From the NCBI GenBank assembly GCA_020891255.1, contig BQFW01000015.1, positions 558,001 through 622,000 on the forward strand: a stretch of 64,000 nucleotides of DNA, written 5' to 3'. This stretch comes from Entomortierella parvispora E1425. Lineage: Eukaryota; Fungi; Mortierellomycota. Below the pieces are notes generated by a model that made no database searches, was not told the origin of the DNA, and saw only the letters and a program-made list of their open reading frames with translations. The position numbers were made by a program, and so were the translations under genes. Below are positions 49,201 to 60,109 of the stretch, piece by piece (the first letter of the stretch is position 1; each line of letters begins with the position of its first letter).

Positions 49201-49392
49201 GCACAAAGGAGAAAGGCTGAATATTCAAGATTTGGAAAAGACAATAGCTCCTGTAGAGAAGGATGGAGACTCGAACCATCCCTGTATGACATTCGATCTA
49301 GACATGGTACCGTCATCGGCCAGTTGGATGCCGACGTTTGGATCCATCCCCGCTCTCGTTCAAATTCTTTGGTGGTCTCTGCTGCCGCGTAG
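46259..49392 (+). CDS. C2CD3-like protein (N-terminal C2CD3-type C2 domain plus a second C2-like domain), 2 exons, about 1012 aa
   Basis: Exons 46259-47786 and 47882-49392 (GT-AG, phase 1). Motifs [59 protein letters not shown] and FDFKAQCPLALT...SVELW...LGTAKLPLHKIL. Confidence 0.78.
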
Positions 49393-49544
49393 CTGATAAT
49401 CCAATAAAGTTGACATATCGTATTAATTAAGGGTCTACTCCGTGACCTTTATTCCTTGGGTTCCTCCCGCAACGCAACGCTACATGTACGCTTGCGCAAC
49501 CCTCGTTCATTCAACCAACAACCATCTCTTTCTCTTTATTCACT

Positions 49545-52500
49545 ATGCAGGACGCGTCTAACGATGCACCCCTTTCCCAGGAGGAGCGAGAACGTGTAAT
49601 AAGAGTGATGGGATACCTTTTCATACAAGCATCCTCGTGGTGCAATGGCCTTGCTAATTACGCCTGACTCATTTTCATTAGATTCGCCTTAAGCGGCTTG
49701 AAAAACTCCAGGGAACCCAGGAAACGCAGAGAATTGCAGTCGCCTCATCTTCTTCCAGTCCCGACATATCTGTCGGCCCTTCATCACTGCCACCTCCTCC
49801 TCGGTCAACCACGCCAAAAGATATTATTACCAAGAGCCCAATTCTTACAAAGGTGTGCATTCGCAGCCAATTGCGCACTGGCAATATAGACTCCATCATG
49901 ACTTAATGAAACTGCATTCCACCCTATATAGCCTGCCAGCCCAACTGCGCCGAAGCAGCCTGCTCTTTCATTTGAAGCCTGGCAAAACGAAGCTCTCTCT
50001 CGAATTTTGTTGGTCTCACTGGTATGGTTACTCTTGCGCCTTTAAATGATCATTTGCTTGGTCCTGACCTTCCTCTCTTATTTTAGAATGAAAAGGCGGC
50101 TGCGCCACTTTTGTTTCTATCGAGTCTTGCGAAAGAACTTCAGGCGGAGAATGGTAACCTTGACTATAAGCATTAGCATTTTGGAATTTTGACGAGGAAA
50201 CCTGCTCACTGCCTTCTCGATCACCCTGTGCACTATAGAGCCATTGACGATCAACCAGGCTTCTTTGGATCGGGTACTTGTGGATCGTATGTCGATGGAC
50301 CCTAAGGAGGTGGAAAATGCACACCTACTTGATCGTGGACAGCTGCAGTACTCTCTTTTTGACTACCTTTTGGATTGCTGGAAGAGACTGGAGAATGTCA
50401 AGTTACAAACGTCCAGAGCCAAAGTAAGATCGGCTGGTGTGACCCGTACCTGGTATCCGAATGCCTCTGACTTTACTTTAACCACAATGCGAATGTTAGA
50501 CTCTCCCCAAAAGCGTCATTGAAGAGCGTGTCCATTCTCTCAATTGTTCTAAGGGCCTCCTTGTGTCGTACTCAGGCCTAGTTCTTCAAATGCCCGATAT
50601 GTTCCCCCAGCCTCAAAGGTACTCATTTTATGACCCTATTAGTCAAGGTTTCGCTTCTGCCTATAACTAACAACGCTTTGTCACCATGTATAGCTCTCGT
50701 CCCCTGGGCTCCTCTCAGTTAGTTGAACGTCTTTTAGCAGACCCGGATTCACCTTCAGGAGTTCCTATGGAATTCTTGAAGGATCTGTCTGTGAGATTTA
50801 AGGAGGATGGCTTAGAGAACATAATTCAGCCGCTGGTGTCAGGAGTTGCTGCTAAAGCCAGGAATGCCTCTATTTTGACAGACTGGAGAACTCCAATGAG
50901 GGCGTTGCTTGCATTGATTGAAATTCCGGGAATTGCCGCTGCCATTCCTCAAGGCGCAACATGGAATCCACCGAACGCCACTGCTCGGCAAATTGAGATT
51001 GTATCCACACTTGGCCCTTTCTTCAAAACGTCAGGGTTTTGCATCGATGATGTAAGCTGTATTGAATATGTGTATGTTCGTCAATACTTTACACAAGTGC
51101 TAACATGAATTGTTTCCTGAAATAGCCCTCTGTGGCAGAATTGTTTGGTACTGGATTGAAAAGAAATAAGGCAGACTCAAGCGGAGCCTTTGCTTCTATT
51201 CGTGGAACTGTCAGGGGGATTCATACTTCGCTCTTTCAAGCAACAAATGGCATTATTCGATCGGCTCCGGAAGCCAGAGAACGAATGTTGGAATATTTTT
51301 ACTCAATCTTGAAGAAAAACGAACGCCGAGCCCAGATGCAGGTTGATCGTGCAACTGTCTCTGGTGACGGCTTCATCTTCAACATATCGGAAGTCCTCAT
51401 GCAATTCTGTGACCCCTTCATGGACAGTCAACACTCAAGGGTCGATAGAATATCCCAAACTTTCTTCAGAGGGAAGTCGAGGATCGACATCAGCAAGGAG
51501 ACGAGAATATGTGCCTCCAAGGAAAAAGTAGATGAGTTCTCCGCGGATCCAGAATCTTCGACTGTCAACTTCATATCCGACATATTTTTCCTCACCTTGG
51601 GATTTCATCATATTGGCTTGTCCAGAATGTATGTGGACTACAAGCGGTTCACGAAGGACTTTTATGAAATGAGAGACCAGTACGATCGCCTGAAAGAACA
51701 AGAGGCAGCTGGACAACTGTCAGCCGAGAATGGACTACTGATCAAAAGATATGAGATGCAGTTGGAGAAAATGCTGACCTTTCGACTTTCGATGCAGTCT
51801 CAGATCTTGGACCCGATCATCCTGAACCATTCGTTTCGCTTCTACAATTTGGTCATGGTGTGGTTGCTCAGAGTTGTCGACGAGTCTCATGCGTATCCGC
51901 AAAAGCCCATGCAGCTGCCTTTACCTGACCAGCCAAACGACAACTTCGCAATCCTGCCAGAATTTGTGATTGAAGATATTGTCGAATTTTTCCTCTTCGT
52001 CCTTCGACACTCGCCAGAGACTGTTGGATCGTCAACACTAGATGAACTAGTCACCTTTACTGTGGTTTTTTTGGTTACTCCCGGATATATCAAGAACCCT
52101 CATTTAAAGGCTAAGCTTGTGGAGGTTTGTTTTCGAAATGCCATACTCCTTTTTTTTGACATGAGACATGTAGTATGAAATATGAAGGCTGACTTGGACT
52201 GAGTATCTGTAGATCCTCTTTTATATGACCCTTCCATACCGTGGTCAAAGAAATGACGATACTCTGGGTATCAAACTTAACACGCACCCCGTGGCACTAA
52301 GATATTTGATTCCGGCTATCATGAACTTCTACGTTGAGGTAGAAAACACTGGACGACACTCACAATTTTACGACAAGTTCAATATTCGATACAACATCTC
52401 TCAGATCCTCAAATTTGTCTGGACCAATCCAATTCACCGTGACATGGTGAAAGCGGAGAGCAAGTAAGAGAGTTATTTCGAAGCATGTGTTGACTGTCTA

Positions 52501-53708
52501 AAACCCCTCTTGCTGATATGAACTTCTTTAAATAGACGCTCAGAGACATTCGTTCGGTTCGCAAACTTACTTATGAATGATACCACGTACTTGTTGGACG
52601 AGGGTTTGACCAAGCTTGTAGAGATCCACGAAATCGAGGTCGAAATGGAGGACAAAACAGCCTGGGCCACCGCCTCACCCCAGCACAGGCAAGAACGGGA
52701 AGGTGTTATGAGGACAGCTCAGCGCCAGGCCTCGTCCTACATTGCGCTTGGAAATGAGACAGTGAATATGCTGGCATACATGACGCAAGAGATCAAAGAG
52801 CCTTTTTTGACTGCAGAAATTGTTGATCGGCTTGCCACCATGTTGGACTACAACCTTGTAATCCTAGTGGGTGAAAAAATGTCTACCCTCAAAGTAAGAC
52901 GCCGCAACACCCTGCTTTATTATTCTATAAGATGCCAAACTCATCGTTTGTACGTATCCATTTGTAATGCCTTAGGTCAAAAATCCGGAAGAATATCGAT
53001 TCCAGCCCCGTGTTCTTCTTTCGGATATCATTGCAATATATTTGCATCTAGACTGCCCAGCCTTCATCGCAGCTCTTGCACGGGATGACCGCAGTTATAG
53101 TGCTGTTATTTTTAGCAAGGCTAGCCGCATTCTCGAAGGACGCAATCTCAAGAGCCCAGATGAGATCTCGAAGCTGCATAGGCTAGTTAGCAAAGTGGAG
53201 GATGTTCGACAACAAGGTGCAGCTGATGAAGAAGAACTTGGCGATATCCCTGATGACTTTTTAGGTATTGTAATCTCCTTGCTTTCGGTGTTATTTACAT
53301 GATGACTATGCTAGCTAATGACGGCTACTGACATACTCTTGTCTCTTTTGCTCATAGATCCACTTCTCTATACTCTCATGGAAGACCCTGTAATCTTACC
53401 AACGTCTCAGATATCAATTGATCGGAGCACAATCAAATCCCACCTTCTTTCAGACACCACGGACCCATTCAACCGAATGCCTTTGAAGATTGGTGATGTC
53501 ATAGACGGTAACATTGGACGAGATAATTAATGATCAAAGGCTTTTGATGTTTGCATTCTCAGAAAATGAAAACTGATTTTTTTTTTTTTTTTTTTTTGTA
53601 AACAAAGATGTTGATCTGAAAACAAGAATACAGACGTGGAAAAATGCCCAGAGATCAAAGAGACTTAACCAAGACCAGCAATCGGAATCCATGGATGTTG
53701 ATAAATAA
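49545..53708 (+). CDS. UFD2: U-box ubiquitin chain elongation factor E4, multi-exon
   Basis: [67 protein letters not shown]; U-box [43 protein letters not shown]. Last exon ends ESMDVDK* at 53708. Confidence 0.96.
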
Positions 53709-53983
53709 CTCAGGATATGCCTTTTGCTCGGGCAATCTCTCAGGAGGATGGAATAGAGAAAGATAATTTTGAATCTCCTCAAGACAACGAATTCTTTCAC
53801 CGAAGTTTGGAACTTTTGTCACCTATGCAAAGGGACGAAAGTTCACGACTTATCTACTCTCACCATTGGTCGAGGTTCGGAAATTTTACAATAAAGAACT
53901 AGTTTCAATGACTTGCCGGGCGTCAGTCTGGGTGATAGTCTCATGGGTCTTACAAACAATAACAGTCAATAGAAGTCAACGAG

Positions 53984-54107
53984 TGTAACAGTAGGACAGT
54001 AATACGGTGACCTCACGCGATCCTCGCCTATATAAGTTAGTTGCTACAGTAGCACTTGAATAAACATCACTTCTTGTCTCCACTCTGTCCCCAGTACTCC
54101 TATTGTA
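53984..54107 (+). repeat. 5' LTR of element A (124 bp), related to the LTR at 55853-55963
   Basis: Shares TGTAACAG, AATACGGTGAC.TCACGCGAT, TCACTTCTTGTCTCCACTC and TACTCCTATTG with the LTR of B. Both are followed by TGGTAGCAAAGG. Confidence 0.85.
54045..54051. other. Putative Tc1/mariner excision footprint TACAGTA in the LTR of A
   Basis: Removing CAGTA gives GCTAGCACTTG, which aligns with GCTAGAAACTTG in the LTR of B. Confidence 0.55.
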
Positions 54108-54163
54108 TGGTAGCAAAGGACCCTCGATCCCCCGACCTCTGACTCCTGACCCCTGACCCTTGA

Positions 54164-54364
54164 TGCACACAAATAGACCTCGTGCAACAGTCAAATCAGA
54201 CTGACCGTGCAGCACCTTCACTCACAGCAAAGCCACAGACAAAGGGTCAACTACAACCACTACCACCATTGCCACCACCGCAACCTTTAGTATAAATACC
54301 CCGGACTTCATATCAATAAACATCATTCAATCTTCGTGCTCTTCCCTTGGCCTTTACTATTGCA
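54164..54364 (+). mobile_element. Solo LTR X (201 bp) inserted in the leader of element A
   Basis: TG...CA ends, 5-bp TSD CTTGA (54159-54163 and 54365-54369), TATAAATA at 54291-54298, AATAAA at 54315-54320. Confidence 0.88.
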
Positions 54365-54474
54365 CTTGAACCTTGCCACCCTGACTCCAACGACATCCCC
54401 CGACCCCATCGACAACCTCACCGACCTTTTCCACGGCCTCTCATTGACTGTTCCAGACAACCTCCCTCAACCAC

Positions 54475-54983
54475 TGTGGTGTTGCTACAATGGGTTGGGG
54501 ATCGGTCGTAGCTCAAGGAGAGAGGGGCTGGTCACAAGTGATCAAGGGAAAGGGGATTGCTTGCGAGGGGGAGGATAGACGTTGCAGGATCTCACTGTCT
54601 AAACTGTGTGAACCAAGTATCAATAAAGATCTCAGTCGGGTGGAAGCTCAAGACTTGTACGAAGGCAAGCTTGATCGGCAGAACAGGGTCTGTGATATCC
54701 AAAGGTAAAGGGGGGGGAGGAGGTTAGACTAGCTACTAATAGTCTCAGCAATCGGAATTAAGGCGTCGATCTTGCTGCTGCTGCAAAGGGGATATCGGGC
54801 AGGAAGTGGGGGGGGGGGGATGTGTATGTGTTCTGTAACGATCAAACAAAGGCAAACGAAAAAGTAGGGAAGGAAGCGACCCAGAGCAATTACTGCTCTG
54901 AACACGAAATTATATTAACGCAATCTTTTAAGGGTATCTAAACTGACTTCTACAAATGTGTGATCCGTATCTACTACACCACA
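54475..54983 (-). mobile_element. Element Y1 (509 bp), probable solo LTR with 4-bp TSD
   Basis: 8-bp inverted termini TGTGGTGT/ACACCACA; TSD CCAC (54471-54474 and 54984-54987). Shares a block of about 150 bp with Y2. Strand inferred from a TATA-like motif. Confidence 0.82.
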
Positions 54984-54987
54984 CCAC

Positions 54988-55857
54988 CACCCTGGCCCCC
55001 AACCTCTTCTCAGCAGCCACATTCCGCTTCCCCCAACCTGAACACTACAGTACAAGGGCGAACGAGACGGCTTCAAATGCGAGATCTGGCTCACTGCAAT
55101 CACTCGCCTCTTCAAAGGAGCCCGCATACCCGACAACGAACGCGCCTTGCACGCAACCATCTTCCTCACCGACGATGCTACCTTGTGGTGGGAGGGCAAT
55201 GCCCTCTCTGACGATGCCCCCTGGGATGACTTTGTCGATGCCTTCCGTGCTGCTTTCCAACCTGCCGGCTTCATCGACCAAGTGCGCAACATGTTATTTG
55301 ATATCAAGATGACCTCTACGGTATCGGACTACGTAGCGCGCACCCGCACGTACATGTCATTCCTGTGCCCCTACGATATGAACGCCGAGGCTCGTTCCAC
55401 CCTTGAACAGGCCGCTACTTCGTGCTTCTTGAAGGGTGCTCCCAAAGATCTCCAACAGGTTCTCCTGACTTACAAGCTCAACAATCCTAAGTGCACTATC
55501 CAAAATCTGTGCAGCCTAGCCGAGCAGTTCGATCAGATCTACGAGTACAAAGTTCGCCCCCCTTCTTCGTCTTCCTCTACAGGACTTGACTATACTGCTG
55601 CCAGCGCTAACGCTGCTAAGGACTCCAGCATGGCAATGGACATCGATAACATCACCGCTGCTGCACTTGTGAAGACTATCAACAACCTATCTATCCAGGT
55701 CAATAACCTCTCTAGAAATAACAACCGATCTCGCTCCGGCCACCACCAAGACTCTTCTCTGAAAAGACTGACACCGGAAGACAAACAATATCTCATCAAA
55801 AACAACGGTTGCTTTCGCCGCCGCAAGATCAATGCCGGTCACTACGCCACGTTGTAA
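54988..55857 (+). pseudogene. Gag of element A (retrotransposon gag), frameshifted
   Basis: FRFPQPEH[5-nt insertion]YKGERDGFKCEIWL...ATLWWEG...FRAAFQP...FLKGAP...AMDIDN. The stop at 55855-55857 is supplied by the inserted LTR of B. Confidence 0.85.
55046..55052. other. Putative Tc1/mariner excision footprint TACAGTA in gag A
   Basis: Removing 5 nt joins the frames of ORFs 54956 and 55147 into PEHYKGERDG. Confidence 0.75.
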
Positions 55858-56207
55858 CAGGAATACGGTGACATCACGCGATGTGTACCTACAAAAGCTA
55901 GAAACTTGCAATATAATAAAACTCACTTCTTGTCTCCACTCCACCCTCGATACTCCTATTGCATGGTAGCAAAGGTTTTCGATCCACTGACCTCACTGAC
56001 CCACTGACCCTCCGACACACTCACACCCTGGACCCCCTCGTATCCCTCTTCGATCAACTCTCCCTCGACAATTCACCCAACATGGACTCCGCGACACCGT
56101 CATTCAAATTCCCTCATCCAACACCGTTCAACGGCAAGCGCGACGGATTCTCTGTTCTCGGTTTTCTGAAACGCATGACCTTTTTCTTCGATGGCGCTGG
56201 AATTGCC

Positions 56208-56379
56208 TGGGATATTTTGGGCTCTCACTTACAATATGACTATCGAGACAAGAAGAAGGATCTTTATGTTCTGCCCTCGCACTCCTTTGATAAGGGAGTG
56301 CGAGGGTGGCTTGCTACTAAACTAGGTTACTAAAATAAACATCCCTATTAATACACTTCAAGGCCCACGATATGCCACA
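56208..56379 (-). repeat. 3' LTR of element C
   Basis: TGTGGCA...ATCCCA on the minus strand; identical by eye to 62230-62401. Confidence 0.95.
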
Positions 56380-56607
56380 GCTCTCTCCCATAGAAGAGGC
56401 TGAAAGCCGGGCTTCTTTGCATATCGTATCTGCTCCTGATTCATACAAGATGACATCTTGTTTTGAGGTCAACATCCTCCCATGACTTTCTTCTTTGATG
56501 CCCTACAGGTATATACCAAACCTGATTGATGTAAAAACCCATTGGGATAAAAAAACCATCAATGCATCGCTCCAACACTTCGCCCAAATTCTCGTTGAGT
56601 ATGGTGA

Positions 56608-59600
56608 TTAACGGCGGCTGCGTTTGATCGCTCGAACAGTCCTGTCGCTGCTGTCCTGGTCGCCACTAATTGTCTGCCTCTTTCTTGCAGACCTGGACGA
56701 AGCAAGCGGTATTAACTCTTGCTCCAAAGGCTGTCCTCTTTTTGACCTCCTCCGATCCAACACCTTACTGGTAGTATCGTTCTTCTTCACCATGATTGTC
56801 TGATCCTGGTTTATATACTGCTGAGTTGATTCTTGTCGCTTTCCAACTGTCTGCGCTTGACTCTTCGCCTGCCGACAAGGCTGCGTGGGGTCCTGTTTAG
56901 CTGGTTGACTCTGATCATAAGCCTTCCAATAGTCGCTAATACATTTCCGCTCAATAAAGTTCTCCTGAGGTTCCCAAGTTCTGTCTTTGGCCTTATACCC
57001 TTTCCAGTTGACGAGGTACTCCACCCCCTCCCCAGGTTCTTGCCTGTGATCGAGGATTTTCTCTACTTCATAAGTACTTGTTTCTTCAAAGTCGTCGAGC
57101 ACAAGCTTTAACTGTGAAGGCGCGAATTTCCTGCCGAGCTCTTCACCTGTTCCGTCCTTTAATACGTAAGAACCGCCCACAGTCCGTCGTACAACAGTAT
57201 ACGGACCTTCATACCGAGGCGAAAGCTTGTCTCCTTGTATAGGGTCCAATGACATTACTTTTGCTCCGTCTGGAAACTCATTGTGCAGTATCGTCCGGTT
57301 AAAACGCTCAATCATTCGACGTTGAGTATCCTGCGCTTTTGTTTGGATTGCGGGGAAGACGACCTTCGTCATGTACTCCAATCGCTTCACAAGTTCCTCC
57401 TCTGATGACCATTTTTCTGTGGTTGTGGTGAATTTGCTGAGACCATTGAATCGGCGCCCAAAAAATAAAAGAAAATGGTGATGAGTTGTGTAAAGCCACA
57501 ATTCTTGTGTTCATCGCCAATTGCGCCATTGGCACATGTAGTGCCCAATTGTCCTTCTGATCCTCGATCTCCTTGCGAATAATATTACATGCTGTCTTGA
57601 CATGATTTTCTGCTACTCCGTTGCCTCTGGGATGATACGGGGTGACAAGTCGATGTTGAACATCAAACCTGGTGGTCAATTGCAGAAGGACGTTATTAGC
57701 AAATTCTTTTCCATTGTCCGATTGTAGAATGCGAGGAAAACCGATAAGAGTAAATATCTTGAACAAGACTCTGGCAACAGTGAGCGCGCTCTTGTCTGGG
57801 ATCGCCTCTAGAAAAACGAATCTTGTACAGACATCCACTAAAACGAGTAGGAATCGATTTCCATTGCTTTGTACAGGGAACGGACCGGCCAAGTCCACTG
57901 CCATATGTTCTCCCTGGCAGCTGGGCGTGAATGGCAACCATAGGGTGGTATCCTTTCCTAGCGATGTTGACTCGCTGGCATTCTTGGCAGCGTTGAACAA
58001 ACTCCAAACAATCCTTGGCTAGCTTTGGCCAAGTCTTGCCCAACGAATGAATCTGCTTCACCATCGCATTTGTGCCAATATGGCCCATTGCATGTGCATC
58101 GCTCACTATCTTATTGCGATTGGCCAACTTCACCGTCTCTTTAGGGGTGTCTTTGTCCTGAATTAAGTGAATGTAACTGTAGATCTTTGCTGCGTTTCTT
58201 TCCCCAGTCCTGTTCAACCACAGCTCCTGAGGGAATTGTCGCGACAGCGCGTCTGGCAGCACGTTCAACACTCCAGGGCGATAAACGACCTTGAATGTAT
58301 AATCCAGAATGGTTTCCTGCCATGCCGTCAACATTGAGTTCATCTCCTTTTGCGTGTGCATAAAAGTCAAAGCACGATGGTCAGTAAAGAGCGTGAAACA
58401 ACGACCCCACAGGTAATAATGAAGCTTTTTTAACGCAAAGACAATGGCCAAAAGCTCACGCTGCGTGGCGGAATAATTCCTTTCACTTGGTTGCAATGAG
58501 CGTGCAACAAATGATACGTACCGAATATTCTTCGGTTCATCTTCTCCTCCTGGTAGCTGGTACAGTACTGCTCCAATGCCATAGTTCGATGCGTCCGTGG
58601 CCACATACTGTAAAATGGCTGACTGAAGTCTGGGAAATGTAAAATTGGCGCTTGCACCAATAAGTTTTTTAAAGTGTTGAAGCACTTCAACTGGAGTTTG
58701 TTCAGCGTGAACGTTCCTGGTTCATTTCTCAGTGCATCTAATGGTGCTGCTACCGTGCTGATTAATGGGACGAATTCTCTAAAGAAATTAAACGTTCCCA
58801 TATACGACATTACCTGCTTGCCTGTCGTAGGTGCCTTCCATTCATCGATGTTTGCCAATTTGTTGGGGTCAACTCTCTTCCCATTGACGTCAATGATGAA
58901 TCCCAATAAGGCTGTAAAACCTGCACTTGTCTCCGTTGATGATAAGATTCGCCTCTGTCAGTCTCTCGATGACAATCCTGACATGCTCAGCGTGCTCCGC
59001 CTTGTTCTTTGAAGCTATCAGGATATCATCAATGAAATTCCTAACAAATTTTAGATCTCCAAGGATTCTACTCATTCCTCTTTGAAACAATGACGATAAC
59101 GGTTTGAGTCCGAAAGGCGCCTTTTAAACATGTATTGAACTCCTCCATGCATGAATGCTGTCAAATTTCTGTCTGCTGCATGAATTGGTAGCCTGTGGTA
59201 TGCTTGTCTGAGATCAATCGTCGTGAAAACTTCGTTGCCTCCCGCAAAGTTCATAATATCTGATATCAGTGGGACAGGGAAATTGTCATCCGGTAAATAG
59301 GCGTTTAACGGCCTTGGATCCAAGCATACACGATACAGTGTTTTGTTCCCTTCCAAATCCTTTTTTGCTGCAAGCGTCAAAGTATTGTTGTATCTGTTTC
59401 CAGCTGGTGCTAACATGATCACATCGTCCTTTATCCATGCTTCCACTGCTGCATCCAGAATTGGAACCTGCGACGCTGCAAATACTCGTGGTCTTCTATA
59501 CAGTTCTACTCCTTCTGGTACTGCTAAAAATACCTTCATTTCTGGTATCGGGCAATGGCTTTGCGGCGATATCTGTGCGTTTTTTTTCAAGGCGTCCTTG

Positions 59601-60109
59601 ATCTTCCTCATGAATTCTTGCTTCTCCTTGATGAACTCACTTGTCTCCTCCACGAGAGGTGTTTGTAATGGGATGAGTGTGGGTTTGTCATCCTCCTTTG
59701 GCGGTGTCTCCTTCTCCGTCGCCATTTCTGGGTCAGGTAGGCCCATGAGGTTAAATCCATACCTATGAAATAGATCCATGCCAATTGTTATTGCATGCTC
59801 CTGATCAATTACTTCATATGGTGCACTGAGCATATGCTCCCCGCATGTGACTTCTACACTTTCTGTCTCTCCCAACCTTGGTATGGTCGACCTGTCCGCT
59901 AACTGAATAAGTCCTTTTTGGGGGCTAGTCGGTATGCGATATTGGTCGACAACTGTCTTGCTTATGAATGAATGTGTTGCTCCAGTGTCAATCAATGCAT
60001 AGTGTCGCTCCTGTCTGATAATAATCGGGACAAAGATGCGGTTGTCTTTTTTTCCTGCCTTCTTGCTTGCATTGAAATGCAAGATGCAGCCTGGCGATTC
60101 GAATGGCAA
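56608..60109 (-). pseudogene. Pol of element C (PR, RT, RNase H, integrase, chromodomain) with five frame disruptions
   Basis: ALIDTGATHSF; RVCLDPRPLN, FTTIDLRQAYHR, NFIDDILI; ATDASNYGIGAVL, NYSATQRELLAI, TDHRAL; HHCC and DDE motifs (AVDLAGP, SDNGKEF, AENHVK); chromodomain YEVEKILDHR...EYLVNWKGY...TWEP. Breaks near 59110, 58900, 58609, 57912 and 57468. Confidence 0.93.
58606..58612. other. Putative Tc1/mariner excision footprint (TACTGTA on plus, TACAGTA on the element strand) in pol C
   Basis: Removing 5 nt joins ORFs 58430-58906 and 57696-58685 into the canonical RNase H start DFSQPFYVATDAS. Confidence 0.78.

Larger units (their letters stand above)
53984..55852 (+). mobile_element. Element A: degraded Ty3/gypsy LTR retrotransposon (5' LTR, PBS, gag), interrupted by three insertions
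   Basis: LTR 53984-54107 (TGTAACAG...CTATTGTA), PBS TGGTAGCA at 54108-54115. Gag remnant 54988-55852 is cut within its zinc knuckle (GCFRRRKINAGHYAT) by element B. Confidence 0.85.

Noticed and set aside
53984-55963. LTRs at 53984 and 55853 as the paired ends of one gag-only mini-element (TRIM-like)
   Set aside because: The second LTR has its own PBS and gag, cuts the first gag inside the zinc knuckle, lacks a preceding polypurine tract and is too diverged. It is a separate nested element.
58561-58567. A fourth TACAGTA heptamer in pol C
   Set aside because: It lies in an intact conserved reading (GAVLYQ) and removing 5 nt would break the frame. It is a chance occurrence, which also shows the motif alone is not proof of a footprint.
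58893-58908. TTTTACAGCC at the RT frameshift as another footprint
   Set aside because: It has TA-CAG but no second TA, and residues are missing rather than added. A small deletion explains it equally well.
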